A stretch of DNA of 64,000 bases from contig CBDCGG010000002.1 in NCBI GenBank assembly GCA_965216605.1, positions 239,645 to 303,644 on the forward strand, read 5' to 3'. The notes under the pieces were generated by a model. It made no database searches, was not told where the DNA came from, and saw only the letters and a list, made by a program, of their open reading frames with translations. Source of the DNA: Alphaproteobacteria bacterium (lineage in GTDB: Bacteria; Pseudomonadota; Alphaproteobacteria; JABAAW01). Both the position numbers and the translations under genes were made by a program. Shown one piece after another: positions 34,521-43,522 of this stretch (position 1 is the stretch's first letter; each line of letters opens with the position of its first letter).

Positions 34521-35482
34521 GCTCAACAAACTCCGCGAACCTCATAAACTCCGCGACCTCCGCGACCTTCATAAAAATTGGCTACTTCGTCTGAAAGATG
34601 CCCACCTAGAAGATCCCCAAGCAGAACTCAACGCGCTGTGGCGAACAATAACAAACGATCCGCTACCCCTGCTCGCTTGCTCTGAAATCACCCCGCGCCT
34701 CGCACAACGCCTGACGCATCTAGTCGAACGCCGAGCCGCGCGCGAACCCCTTGCCCGAATCACCAAGCAGCGCGAGTTCGCCTCCCTGCCCTTCCATCTC
34801 AACAAAGCCTGCCTCATACCCAGAGCCGACAGCGAAACGCTACTAGAAGCTGTCCTTCATCTCACCGCCTCCCCGCACCCCGTTCGCACCATCCGAGAAC
34901 TGGGTTGCGGCAGCGGATGCATCGTCCTCGCCCTCGCTGCAAACCTCTGCGACAAACCTCAACGCCCCGCCCTGCAAGCCTGCGACATCTCCGCCCAAGC
35001 CCTCGTCGCCGCCCGCCTTAACGCACAAAGCCTACAAAAAAAACTTCCCGTCCAATTCTTTCGACAAAACTGGAGCGATAAAAAACATCGCGCAAAAAAT
35101 AACGCAAAAGAGATAACGGAAGAGCAACGGAAGAGATAACGGAAGAGATAACAGAAGATATCGAAGAAACCAACTCGACCTGCTCTTCGCCAATCCCCCC
35201 TACATTCGCCGCTTTGAGCGCATCATGCTCTCGCGCGAAGTTTCCCGCTTCGATCCACCGCTCGCGCTGGACGGCGGCTTCGATGGCATGCGCTCCTTTC
35301 GACACATCCTTCGCTACGCGCAACAAACTTTGCGCTGCGGAGGCTTTCTGCTGCTCGAACACGCCCCCGACCAAACGCGCATGCTCAAACCCCTCGCGCA
35401 ACGAAAACAATTCCGATACCTCCGAACGCTCAAAGATCTGGCAGGCAGGGACAGAGTCTCCGTTTTCAGAAAGCACTCCTAA
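34507..35482 (+). pseudogene. prmC: release factor glutamine methyltransferase PrmC/HemK, split by a frameshift inside a 12-bp tandem repeat
   Basis: Frame 1 (34507-35139) has the SAM-binding region (ELGCGSGCIVLALA). Frame 2 (about 35177-35482) has DLLFANPPYI...LDGG.DG. The shift falls inside cggaagagataa x about 5 at 35101-35160. Either a pseudogene or an assembly error in the repeat. Confidence 0.6.
35101..35160 (+). repeat. 12-bp tandem repeat (cggaagagataa-like) x about 5 inside prmC
   Basis: Seen directly; introduces TAA stops in one frame. Confidence 0.85.
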
Positions 35483-35590
35483 CAAAAAATCCTAACAAAA
35501 AGTCCTTGGCAAAAAATCCTTGCTTGATGCTCCCGCCTCGCCTATCCTAGTTTTAATAATTCCTCCCTTTGCACGAGCCCCTAAATATCC

Positions 35591-36262
35591 ATGTATACCC
35601 AACGAAGGCCCTCCTCCCGCCCGCCCCGTAGCGGCGGCTACTCCCAACGCGGACGCAGTCCCTCCTCTTCAGGACGCAATTTTGAATCGAACGGTCCTGC
35701 GAATTTTCGCGTGCGCGGCAAGCCGATCCAAATTCACGACAAGTATGTGCAGCTTGCGCGCGACTCGGCTGCCAACGGAGACAAGATTCTAACGGAAGGG
35801 CTGCTTCAGCACGCAGAGCATTACTTGCGCATGCAAACCCTCGATCGAGACAGGAGCGCGCCCGATCGCTCCGCAGAACGAGGTGGCGATTCTTCCGACG
35901 AAGGCGATGGCGGCTATCGCCGTTTTGCACCACGCACAAGCGGCGCGCGCCGTCGCTGGGCTGTTTCGCCTGAGGGACCTGCGCGCCAAGAATCACAACA
36001 AGAATCGCAACAAGAATCGCAAAACCCAGAATCGCAAAACCCGGAATCACGAAATGAGGGCTACGCCTCTTCTGAGTCGACCAGCTCTGCTAGCCACGAA
36101 GGCGGCGGCGAAGGCGGTGACCAACCCTCGGAGGCTAACGAGGAGCAGGCGCAAGTAGAGCAAAGACGTCCTCTCTCTGAGGGAGGACTTGCCACCAACG
36201 ATGCGCCCGACAATGCAAGCGGAGACGAAAGAAACTACGGGTCGGAGGCATCCTACGATTGA
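35591..36262 (+). CDS. DUF4167 domain-containing protein (conserved alphaproteobacterial) with acidic low-complexity tail
   Basis: NFRVRGKPIQIHDKYVQLARDSAANGDKILTEGLLQHAEHYLRMQ matches the DUF4167 core. Tail contains (ESQQ/ESQNP) repeats from a short tandem repeat. Confidence 0.65.
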   Translation: MYTQRRPSSRPPRSGGYSQRGRSPSSSGRNFESNGPANFRVRGKPIQIHDKYVQLARDSAANGDKILTEGLLQHAEHYLRMQTLDRDRSAPDRSAERGGDSSDEGDGGYRRFAPRTSGARRRWAVSPEGPARQESQQESQQESQNPESQNPESRNEGYASSESTSSASHEGGGEGGDQPSEANEEQAQVEQRRPLSEGGLATNDAPDNASGDERNYGSEASYD

Positions 36263-36305
36263 AGGACAAGGGCAAAGGATTAACCTATCTCGCCTGCTCT
36301 TGCTG

Positions 36306-37583
36306 TTATCGTTGTTGCGCCTGCTCGGCAAGACGATCGAGCCAATACTGCTGTCCTTCCAAATCGTTGTGCGCCTCCTTAGCCAAGCGGGCGCGCAGGA
36401 CGTTGTAAGAAAGCCTCTCCGCCTGCGTAGCAGCGTTGTCCGCGAGGGAGCTGTCCGTAGCGGATCTGTCGTTTTCTTCCATCTCCATCTCTAACGCCAA
36501 GTCATCGAGCATCTGTGTTGCGCGTGCCCAGACCTTAGCGTCCAACAGCATTTCGCACAAAAGGAGTCGAGATTTCAACGAAGGTTTCTTTGTGCATAAG
36601 CTCTCTAGCAGTCGCGCGCGCTCGATGGGTTCGGTAGCGTTGTGCAGACGGAAAAAGGCTTCGGCGAGAGCGCGCCCTTCGAACTCTGCCCAATGGGTGC
36701 GAACGAGTTTTCGTCCCTGCGCCCTTAAAGCTGCTCCGCCATCGGCGAGTCGTTGGGCGTAGGCGACGATGCCGCGTTGTTTTGATGCGATGAAAGCCAG
36801 ATGCGCTTGTCGCACGGCATCCTTTTCGTCTCCCGCCTCCAAGGCTTTTCGCATGGCGTCGATTCGCAACCCCGCTTCCAGCAGCTGAAATGTCGAGGGC
36901 AGGGTTGTGCCGCGCCGTCGTATTTTATCCAAGAGAGCGAGAGCAGCTTCGGGCGAATCGCCTTGTCGAGCGATCTCGATTTGCTCGACCCACAGCTGCA
37001 ACGACGATGGACGCAACGCCTCCGCCTCGCGCGCATAGATCTGAGCCCGCCCGTAGTCGCCGTTGTGGCGTGCAAGCCGTGCGAGCGATAGCAGTGCTAC
37101 GAAGCGCGTATCGGGATATTGTTGCAAGTTTTCGTAGAGCGTCTGCGCCTGCTCGATGTTGGAGGAAGATTCGGCGACCTGAGCGGCGATCAAAGTCGAG
37201 AGGTTGTCTTTATCCAACAGCTTGCGTGCTTCCAAAGCTTTTTCCAAACGTGCGTTAGTTCCTGCGTTAGCACTCTGGGTATTTTCCATTCCCATCTCCG
37301 CTCTGCCTCCGCTCAAGGCTTGTAGTAGTGCGCGATAGCCGGCATCGCGTCTCCTTGTGCGTCGCCACAAACCGACATGGCGCGGCAAGAGCCAGAGTTC
37401 TCGCAAGATTCGCCCGCCCCACAACACGAGAAACAACGCTAACAGCAACAAGACGAGCAGCGCCCCTGGTCTTGCTGTGAGCTGCCATTCTCCCCACGCG
37501 ATGTCGAGTTGTCCGCGTGCGGTCGCCATCCACGCCGCTATGATGGTCAGCAACGCGAGTTTGACGGTTGTCCAAAACATCAA
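36306..37583 (-). CDS. hemY: HemY-like heme biosynthesis-associated TPR membrane protein (HemY_N domain)
   Basis: N-terminal two TM segments (MMFWTTVKLALLTIIAAWMA...ALLVLLLLALFLVLWGGRIL), then TPR-like repeats. Sits at the end of the hemC-hemD-X-Y cluster. Confidence 0.7.
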   Translation of the reverse strand: MMFWTTVKLALLTIIAAWMATARGQLDIAWGEWQLTARPGALLVLLLLALFLVLWGGRILRELWLLPRHVGLWRRTRRRDAGYRALLQALSGGRAEMGMENTQSANAGTNARLEKALEARKLLDKDNLSTLIAAQVAESSSNIEQAQTLYENLQQYPDTRFVALLSLARLARHNGDYGRAQIYAREAEALRPSSLQLWVEQIEIARQGDSPEAALALLDKIRRRGTTLPSTFQLLEAGLRIDAMRKALEAGDEKDAVRQAHLAFIASKQRGIVAYAQRLADGGAALRAQGRKLVRTHWAEFEGRALAEAFFRLHNATEPIERARLLESLCTKKPSLKSRLLLCEMLLDAKVWARATQMLDDLALEMEMEENDRSATDSSLADNAATQAERLSYNVLRARLAKEAHNDLEGQQYWLDRLAEQAQQR

Positions 37584-37586
37584 AGA

Positions 37587-39212
37587 TCAGGAGGATGGTC
37601 GGCGAGGTATCGTGTCGCCTGTCTCGCTGCTACTCAGGAGGGTGCGAATTTCGTGCAACGCTGCGAAGACGCCGTTGCGTGAGGATAGGGCAGCACGAAA
37701 AGCCTGCAGTCGTGCGGAGACATCTTCGCCCAGCTGCTCGCGCGTCTGTTCGTTGGAGGCGGAGAGGGATGGGAAGGTTTGGAGACGCTCTTCTGCCTGT
37801 TGGAATCGTCCGTCTTCGAGCATGCGTTCGATGGTGAACAGCGCGGATTCGTCTCCCTCTCCATCTCCGCCTCCATCTCTTGTGCCGTAGCGTCGTCGCA
37901 AGGAGAAGATTCCGAACAGCTGCGCGCGCAGTTTTTGAGCAAAGCGTGCTTTGAGCCCTCGCTCTTCCGCACCTTTCTCTGCCCTGTCCGCAGCCTGCCA
38001 TACGAGCAAGTCAGGAAGCAAACGGCGGTAATCGGCGAGCAGTCGCTGTGGAGAGGAGAGATTGTTCGCTTGCAGCAAGAGTGCCAAGGCGTCTTCTAGT
38101 TGCTCGCGTTCTTGGAGATTCAAGGAGGACTCTAGCGGCTCCAGCGAGAAGCTGCTGCGTTGCGCGATTGCATAGGCGATGTTCTCCAGCTGGAACAGAG
38201 CGTTCAAACGCCGTGACAGGCGTTCGGTTGCGCGATTCTGCTCTAGGCGTTCGACTTTTGAACGCAACCGCGACAGAGCCTCGGCGCGCCGCTGCAACAA
38301 CTCGGCGAGCGAATCCAAGCGTGCCGACTGGTTGTCGAAGGCAGCTGCCAGCGCGTCGCTCTCGCTTTTCAGACGACGCAGCTCCGCGGCTGCGGGCGCC
38401 GCCTGCTGCGCGCTCACCCCTGCCATGTCGCGCTCCAATCCTTCTAGGCGCACAAGCAAGTCGCGCGGCAAGGCAGAAAGATTGGCGGAAGAAGAAGCGG
38501 CAGAAGAACCCGTAGAGCCTTCGTCCGTCTTGTTCGAGACAGCGTGCGAGGTATCGTCTTTGTCTTTGTCTTCATTCGTGTGCGACTCTGACGATGCTGC
38601 GCCGTGACCGCCGTCGGCGAAAGTGCCCATCAGTTTTGTATCGATAGGTCCCGCCCAAAGAGGGCGCGTGAGAACGCCGACAAGGGCAATCAGCGAGAGC
38701 AGCATCGCCCACTGACCGCTCGTGCTACGCGGCAGAGCGGCGTGTTCCCATACCTCGCTGGAAATATCCAAATTCTCCTCGTCGCCGCTTGCAAAATCTT
38801 CGCCGCTGGTAAAGGCGCTGACGATCCCCTCCTCCATGGCGACCTCCTCCTTCGCGGAGGAGGCTTCTTTGGGCGCATCCTTTTTCTTCTTTTGTTCTTG
38901 TTCTTTTCCTTCTCCCTTTTGCGCCATAATATTTTCTTGTGCTTGTTCTTGTGCGCTCGAAGTGCTTGCCTCCTCCATGGGAGTGCTGAAGGAGGTGCTT
39001 GCGGGGGTGCTGCTCAAGGGAGAGTTGCTCAGCAGTGCGCGTATTTTCTGTTGGTGGGCGGGAGGGATCGAGCCTCGTTTTTTCCATCCTTGAACCGTGC
39101 CGACGGCAATCCCGAGCTTTGCTGCGCAAGGACGCAAGCCTCCTAAACGAGCTACGAGTGCCTCGACGCCTGAGCGTTTGTCGAAGTTTATGTTTATGTC
39201 GGAGTCCGTCAT
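37587..39212 (-). CDS. HemX-position protein, likely alphaproteobacterial Mic60/mitofilin-like (COG4223) with an extra N-terminal helix-turn-helix-like segment
   Basis: One TM segment (WAMLLSLIALVGVLTRPLWAG), long coiled-coil region (LRRLKSESDALAAAFDNQSARLDSLAELLQRRAEALSRLRSKVERLEQN), conserved C-terminal block. Located between hemD and hemY, where alphaMIC60 is typically found. N-terminal KLGIAVGTVQGWKKRGSIP looks HTH-like. Confidence 0.5.
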   Translation of the reverse strand: MTDSDININFDKRSGVEALVARLGGLRPCAAKLGIAVGTVQGWKKRGSIPPAHQQKIRALLSNSPLSSTPASTSFSTPMEEASTSSAQEQAQENIMAQKGEGKEQEQKKKKDAPKEASSAKEEVAMEEGIVSAFTSGEDFASGDEENLDISSEVWEHAALPRSTSGQWAMLLSLIALVGVLTRPLWAGPIDTKLMGTFADGGHGAASSESHTNEDKDKDDTSHAVSNKTDEGSTGSSAASSSANLSALPRDLLVRLEGLERDMAGVSAQQAAPAAAELRRLKSESDALAAAFDNQSARLDSLAELLQRRAEALSRLRSKVERLEQNRATERLSRRLNALFQLENIAYAIAQRSSFSLEPLESSLNLQEREQLEDALALLLQANNLSSPQRLLADYRRLLPDLLVWQAADRAEKGAEERGLKARFAQKLRAQLFGIFSLRRRYGTRDGGGDGEGDESALFTIERMLEDGRFQQAEERLQTFPSLSASNEQTREQLGEDVSARLQAFRAALSSRNGVFAALHEIRTLLSSSETGDTIPRRPSS

Positions 39213-40003
39213 GGGAGAGCCTCGTCAAGAGCTTGGAGCAAACTCGTCTCCGAAGGCATCGTAGCGCACACGATGCGGGCGCACGGGAAGCTTTGTCGCA
39301 AGCGTACGCCTATGCTAGGCGCAAGGCAGAAGAAGCGCAGGCGTACAGCTCGCATGGCAGGTTCGCCGAAGGCTTGCGCGTACAGTCTTGCAAAAATATC
39401 TGCCGTGCGGGGCGAGTAGAACATAGAAGCGTACAGGGGAGGTTGTGAAGGAGGTTTCGAGGAAAATTTAATGGAGGCGTTCAAGAGTCTGTAAGCAGAA
39501 GAAGGCAATTTTTGTACCGAGACCGCCTCGTACAAGACAATTCTTTCAGCAGAATAGCCCATTTTACGCAAAGATTCCACAAGATTTCCTCGCCGATGCC
39601 TACCACAAAGATGCAGCACGGGCGTGCTTTGGGGGTGGTGTTGGCGGATCTCTTCGATCAAGCTTACAAGCGTTCCTTGCGCGGCGCGTACGCTTGCAAA
39701 ACCTAGGCGTTTTGCCAAGGCTGCGCTTTCCTCTCCCACCGCCAGTAGCGACAAGGCGCGCGTAGCGGAGTTGTGCGAGGGCGAGCAGTCACGCGTACGC
39801 GCGAGCATACGCAAGGCACTTTTCGAGGTTACGAGCAGCGTGGGTTTTTTTTCCAGCTTTTCGGCAAGCTCATAAGCAGGCAAGGCTTCGAGGGAGAGCA
39901 GGGGTGCGCGAAAGACAGACCAACCACGACGGCGGAGCGTCAAGGCACTCGCGTGCGATTCTTCGCGCAAGCGCGTGAGCAGCAAGGCGCCTAAGTTATG
40001 CAC
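39209..40003 (-). CDS. hemD: uroporphyrinogen-III synthase (HemD)
   Basis: 264 aa, HemD-like fold signature, immediately downstream of hemC with a 4-nt overlap into the next gene. Confidence 0.7.
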   Translation of the reverse strand: MHNLGALLLTRLREESHASALTLRRRGWSVFRAPLLSLEALPAYELAEKLEKKPTLLVTSKSALRMLARTRDCSPSHNSATRALSLLAVGEESAALAKRLGFASVRAAQGTLVSLIEEIRQHHPQSTPVLHLCGRHRRGNLVESLRKMGYSAERIVLYEAVSVQKLPSSAYRLLNASIKFSSKPPSQPPLYASMFYSPRTADIFARLYAQAFGEPAMRAVRLRFFCLAPSIGVRLRQSFPCARIVCATMPSETSLLQALDEALP

Positions 40004-40028
40004 TTAGTATATGCACCTAGATCTCTTG

Positions 40029-41036
40029 TTAGAATCTCTCGACCGCCTCCTCTGATCGAGGGGGCTGCGGCGAGGTGTGCGGCGGAGTCTGCTGCGGAGT
40101 TTGGGACGATGCTGCCAAGCGTTGAGCGAGCGCGCGTCCTAGTGTTTCTGCGTCCTTCTGCTTGCCTGCGATGGTGTCTTGCTTTTTCTGCCCTGCTTCG
40201 ATTACGAACGCGGTCAGGGTGAGCGTGTCCTCGCGCAAATGGGCGGATGCGCCCAACGGCGTGTAGCAGCTGCCTGATACAGCGTGGAGGAATGCGCGTT
40301 CGGCGGAAACCTCTGCGTGGCTTGTTCTATCGGATATTTCGCCCAAGAGCGCGAGCATCTCGGCATCGTCGCTACGCGCGACCAAGGCGATCGCGCCTTG
40401 TCCTGCTGCGGGGAGGAATTTTTTTTCGTCCAGCATACACAAAGGCACAGTGATGTCGAGTCTTTGCAAGGCGCAACGAGCCATGACGATTGCGTCGTTT
40501 TTTCCTTCGTCGAGGCTACGGAGTCTTCGCTCGATGTTTCCGCGCAAGGTTTGAATGTTGAGATCGGGTCGTATCGTCTTGACGAGCGCTTCGCGACGCG
40601 GCGACGAGGTGCCGAGGGTGGCGGCGCGCGCCAAGCTGGCAAGCCCACCTCCGTCGGGGTTGCGCATCACGAGACAATCGCGCCGTTCGCCACGCGGCAG
40701 GTATGCTGCGATCGCCGTTCCCGTTGCGAGCGTTGATTCCATGTCCTTTGCCGAGTGCACTGCCAAATCGATCGTGCCGTCGAGCAGCGCACGATCGAGC
40801 TCTTTGGTAAAGAGCCCCTTGCCACCTATCTCGGCGAGCGGGCGATCGAGAACACGGTCGCCGCTTGCAAGGAAGTGCTGCAGGCTCAGCGAGGGCATCT
40901 CGGTGCTTCCTCTCAAAGCAAGGACGCGAGGAAGGGAGGCGCGTAAAAAATTCTGGGCGAGCGCAGCCTGCGCGCGCGAAAGGGGCGAGCGGCGCGTGCC
41001 AAGACGCCAAGCGGCAGAAGGCGCGGCAGAGGTCAT
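40029..41036 (-). CDS. hemC: porphobilinogen deaminase (hydroxymethylbilane synthase, HemC)
   Basis: IGTRRSPLSRAQA...; cofactor-binding Cys region GSCYTPLGA; Q/P-rich C-terminal extension. Confidence 0.9.
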   Translation of the reverse strand: MTSAAPSAAWRLGTRRSPLSRAQAALAQNFLRASLPRVLALRGSTEMPSLSLQHFLASGDRVLDRPLAEIGGKGLFTKELDRALLDGTIDLAVHSAKDMESTLATGTAIAAYLPRGERRDCLVMRNPDGGGLASLARAATLGTSSPRREALVKTIRPDLNIQTLRGNIERRLRSLDEGKNDAIVMARCALQRLDITVPLCMLDEKKFLPAAGQGAIALVARSDDAEMLALLGEISDRTSHAEVSAERAFLHAVSGSCYTPLGASAHLREDTLTLTAFVIEAGQKKQDTIAGKQKDAETLGRALAQRLAASSQTPQQTPPHTSPQPPRSEEAVERF

Positions 41037-41140
41037 AGAAACAACAATCCTAGTATAATCTTTTGAGCGGGATAAAAATAAAAGTCAAAAACAAAGGTGT
41101 GGAAAACACTCTCCACAACGATAGAGCAAGCGAGGCAATG

Positions 41141-41188
41141 TGTCTATATTGCGCGCTGTCTATATTGCGCGCTGTCTATATTGCGCGT
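41141..41188. repeat. 16-bp tandem repeat x3 (tgtctatattgcgcgc) between thiolase stop and hemC start
   Basis: Seen directly. Confidence 0.9.
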
Positions 41189-41199
41189 TTGCTCCAATT

Positions 41200-42417
41200 T
41201 TAATTTTCCCCGACCTCGATGGCGAGCGCGAGGGCTTCTCCGCCACCGATACAGATTGCTGCCATGCCTCGTTTCAGGTTTCTTGCGCGCAGGGCGGAGA
41301 GGAGGGTGATGAGAATGCGTGCACCCGATGCGCCGATAGGGTGTCCGAGCGCGCAAGCACCGCCATTCACATTGACGCGCTCGACGGGCAGGTGCAGGGC
41401 TTGCATCGCTGCCAGGGTGACTATGGCGAAGGCTTCGTTGATTTCAAACAGATCTACATCCTCGAAGTTCCAGCCGCAGGCTTGTTCGAGTTTTTGCAAC
41501 GCTTGGATAGGGGCGAGCGTGAATCGCTGGGGTTCGCGTGCGTGCGCGGCGGCGGCTTTGATCTCAGCGAGGATGCGCCAGCCTTGTTTTTCGGCAAACG
41601 CCCTCCGAGCTAAGACGAGCATGGCAGCCCCGTCGGAGATGGAGGAGGAGTTGGCGGCGGTAACGCTGCCGTCCTTCACAAATGCTCCTTTCAGATGCGG
41701 AATCTTGGAAATATCCGATTTGAAGGGTTGTTCGTCTTGCAGCACGAGCGTCTCTTTTTTGCGCGAGGAGATCGCTACGGGAACGAGTTCCTCCTTGAAA
41801 CTGCCGTCCTCATTAGCACGGCGCGCTTCGGTGAGCGAGCGGATGGCGAAGTCGTCCATCTGCTTACGCGAGATCTGCAACTCTTGCGCGGTTTCTTCGG
41901 CGAAGATTCCCATACTTTTGTTTTGCCCATATGCGTCTTCCAAGCCGTCGCACAGCATGTGGTCGACGAGGCGCGCGTGTCCCATACGCAAGCCGCCGCG
42001 CGCGTGGGGTAGCAGATAGGGAGCGTTGCTCATGCTTTCCATGCCACCTGCGAGGATGGCGGTATGGGCGTTGTGGTGGAGTGCATCGCATGCCATCATC
42101 ACTGTCTTCAACCCTGAGCCGCACATTTTGTTGATTGTCGTTGCGCCCACGCTATCTGGTAGTTTTGCGGCTCGTGTAGCTTGACGCGCGGGGGCTTGTC
42201 CGATTCCTGCGGAGAGCACGCAGCCGATGAGGCTTTCGGAGAAGATGTTTTCGATTGGGGAGTTGTTGTAGTTGATGTCTGCTAGGCAGGCTTGGATGCA
42301 GCTGGAGGCGAGGTAGGGGGCGGAGGCGGGTGCGAGGCAACCTTGGAAGCTACCGATGGGGGTACGACGAGCGGCGACGATGACGACGGGGTCTTTTGAA
42401 TCTGGGGTTTGCGACAT
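41200..42417 (-). CDS. acetyl-CoA C-acetyltransferase (thiolase II)
   Basis: VVIVAARRTPIGSFQG, active-site Cys region NKMCGSGLK, C-terminal NVNGGACALGHPIGASGARIL. Start moved to an internal Met to avoid overlapping tRNA-Val. Confidence 0.9.
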   Translation of the reverse strand: MSQTPDSKDPVVIVAARRTPIGSFQGCLAPASAPYLASSCIQACLADINYNNSPIENIFSESLIGCVLSAGIGQAPARQATRAAKLPDSVGATTINKMCGSGLKTVMMACDALHHNAHTAILAGGMESMSNAPYLLPHARGGLRMGHARLVDHMLCDGLEDAYGQNKSMGIFAEETAQELQISRKQMDDFAIRSLTEARRANEDGSFKEELVPVAISSRKKETLVLQDEQPFKSDISKIPHLKGAFVKDGSVTAANSSSISDGAAMLVLARRAFAEKQGWRILAEIKAAAAHAREPQRFTLAPIQALQKLEQACGWNFEDVDLFEINEAFAIVTLAAMQALHLPVERVNVNGGACALGHPIGASGARILITLLSALRARNLKRGMAAICIGGGEALALAIEVGEN

Positions 42418-42450
42418 GGGAATTAGTAAGGGGACAAGGAGGGGGAGGCG

Positions 42451-42522
42451 TGGGTACGGTTGGGATTGAACCAACGACTTCTGCCGTGTGAAGGCAACGC
42501 TCTACCGCTGAGCTACGCACCC
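42451..42522 (-). tRNA. tRNA-Val (anticodon CAC)
   Basis: Reverse complement GGGTGCGTAGCTCAGCGGTAGAGCGTTGCCTTCACACGGCAGAAGTCGTTGGTTCAATCCCAACCGTACCCA folds as a cloverleaf; anticodon loop TTCACAC. Confidence 0.8.
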
Positions 42523-42611
42523 TTATCAGGATTTTTTCGGGGGAGGTCGCTACCTTAACCTAGCCGATGGCGCGCGAAAGGTCAATTTGCGAAACGCGCG
42601 TAGAACTGCGT

Positions 42612-42858
42612 GCTTTTTTACGGGGGACGCGGAAAACAGAATCGCCCTGCCGTGTTAAAGGTCAGCTTGCGCACGACAAGTCGTGCGCTTTTGAATAAGA
42701 GGCTACACACTTTGCGCTTCGCGCAAAGTGTGTAGAAGGCGCTTACGCGCCCGCTGACGCGGGGTCTTTTGCGGGGGGGCAAAGCCCCCCCACACCCCCA
42801 CGCGCGCAAGCGCGCGTTCGTTTACGCGTCAATGCGCGAGTCCCGTTTTTTGGGTCTA
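42612..42858 (+). repeat. dispersed hairpin-rich intergenic element, full copy A (REP/MITE-like or structured ncRNA)
   Basis: About 85% identical to 51863-52066. Chain of GC-rich hairpins (gcgcacgac-aag-tcgtgcgc; ctacacactttgcgc-ttcg-cgcaaagtgtgtag; gggggggc-aaa-gccccccc; cgcgcgcaagcgcgcg). Fragments at 9351-9404 and 24447-24530. Confidence 0.8.
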
Positions 42859-42947
42859 CACCGCTCCCTCTTAAAATTCATAAACAAAGCGTAAGCGCTT
42901 TCCATGCCTTCGCAAGCCTTCGGCTTGCGAAGGCATGGCTTCTTGAA

Positions 42948-43454
42948 CTACTCCAGCGCACCCCCCCTCTCAATCCGTCCCCCCGCACCCCCCAGCCGCA
43001 CCACCAACTCCCCCACCGAACACCCCAACGCCGGATCACAAAAATTCGACGCAATCTCCTCAAGCGGCAGCAAAACAAAAGCTCGCTCAGCTCTACAAGG
43101 ATGAGGAACAACTAATCCCCGCTCAACAATAATCCGCTGCTCGTAATACAATAAATCCAAATCAATCACACGCGGACCATAACGACGCTTCGATACAACC
43201 CTCCCTAACCCCCTCTCCAAATCCTTCAAACGCACAAGCAACGCCTCAGGCGATAAACTCGTCCGACAACAACAAACCGCGTTGAGAAAATCAGGCTGGT
43301 CAGAGTCATACATCGCACAACTCCGATACAACGACGAAAAACGCTCGACAATAATATCCCCCCTCGCACCCAAAGCCTCGCGCGCCGCCAACAAATGAAC
43401 CCTCTTATCACCAAGATTGCTGCCCAAAGCAACAAAAACCGGAGAATGCCACAT
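42948..43454 (-). CDS. folK: 2-amino-4-hydroxy-6-hydroxymethyldihydropteridine pyrophosphokinase (FolK/HPPK)
   Basis: MWHSPVFVALGSNLGDKRVHLLAAREAL...GPRVIDLDLLYY is the HPPK signature. The longer ORF-track start lies in the tandem repeat and is rejected. Confidence 0.85.
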   Translation of the reverse strand: MWHSPVFVALGSNLGDKRVHLLAAREALGARGDIIVERFSSLYRSCAMYDSDQPDFLNAVCCCRTSLSPEALLVRLKDLERGLGRVVSKRRYGPRVIDLDLLYYEQRIIVERGLVVPHPCRAERAFVLLPLEEIASNFCDPALGCSVGELVVRLGGAGGRIERGGALE

Positions 43455-43480
43455 CCTTCCCTCGAAAATATGTCGCCAAA

Positions 43481-43522
43481 GTATGCCGCAAGAGTATGCC
43501 GCAAGAGTATGCCGCAAGAGTA
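43481..43522. repeat. 13-bp tandem repeat x3 (gtatgccgcaaga) abutting and resembling the 3' end of tRNA-Thr
   Basis: gtatgccgcaaga x3, followed by gtatgccgaag, which is the tRNA 3' acceptor arm. Confidence 0.85.

Noticed and set aside
42948-43517. Extended N-terminus of folK (ORF-track start at 43517) and of thiolase (42474), both running into tRNA genes
   Set aside because: The extensions are translated tandem repeat or tRNA sequence. Internal Mets give canonical HPPK and thiolase N-termini.
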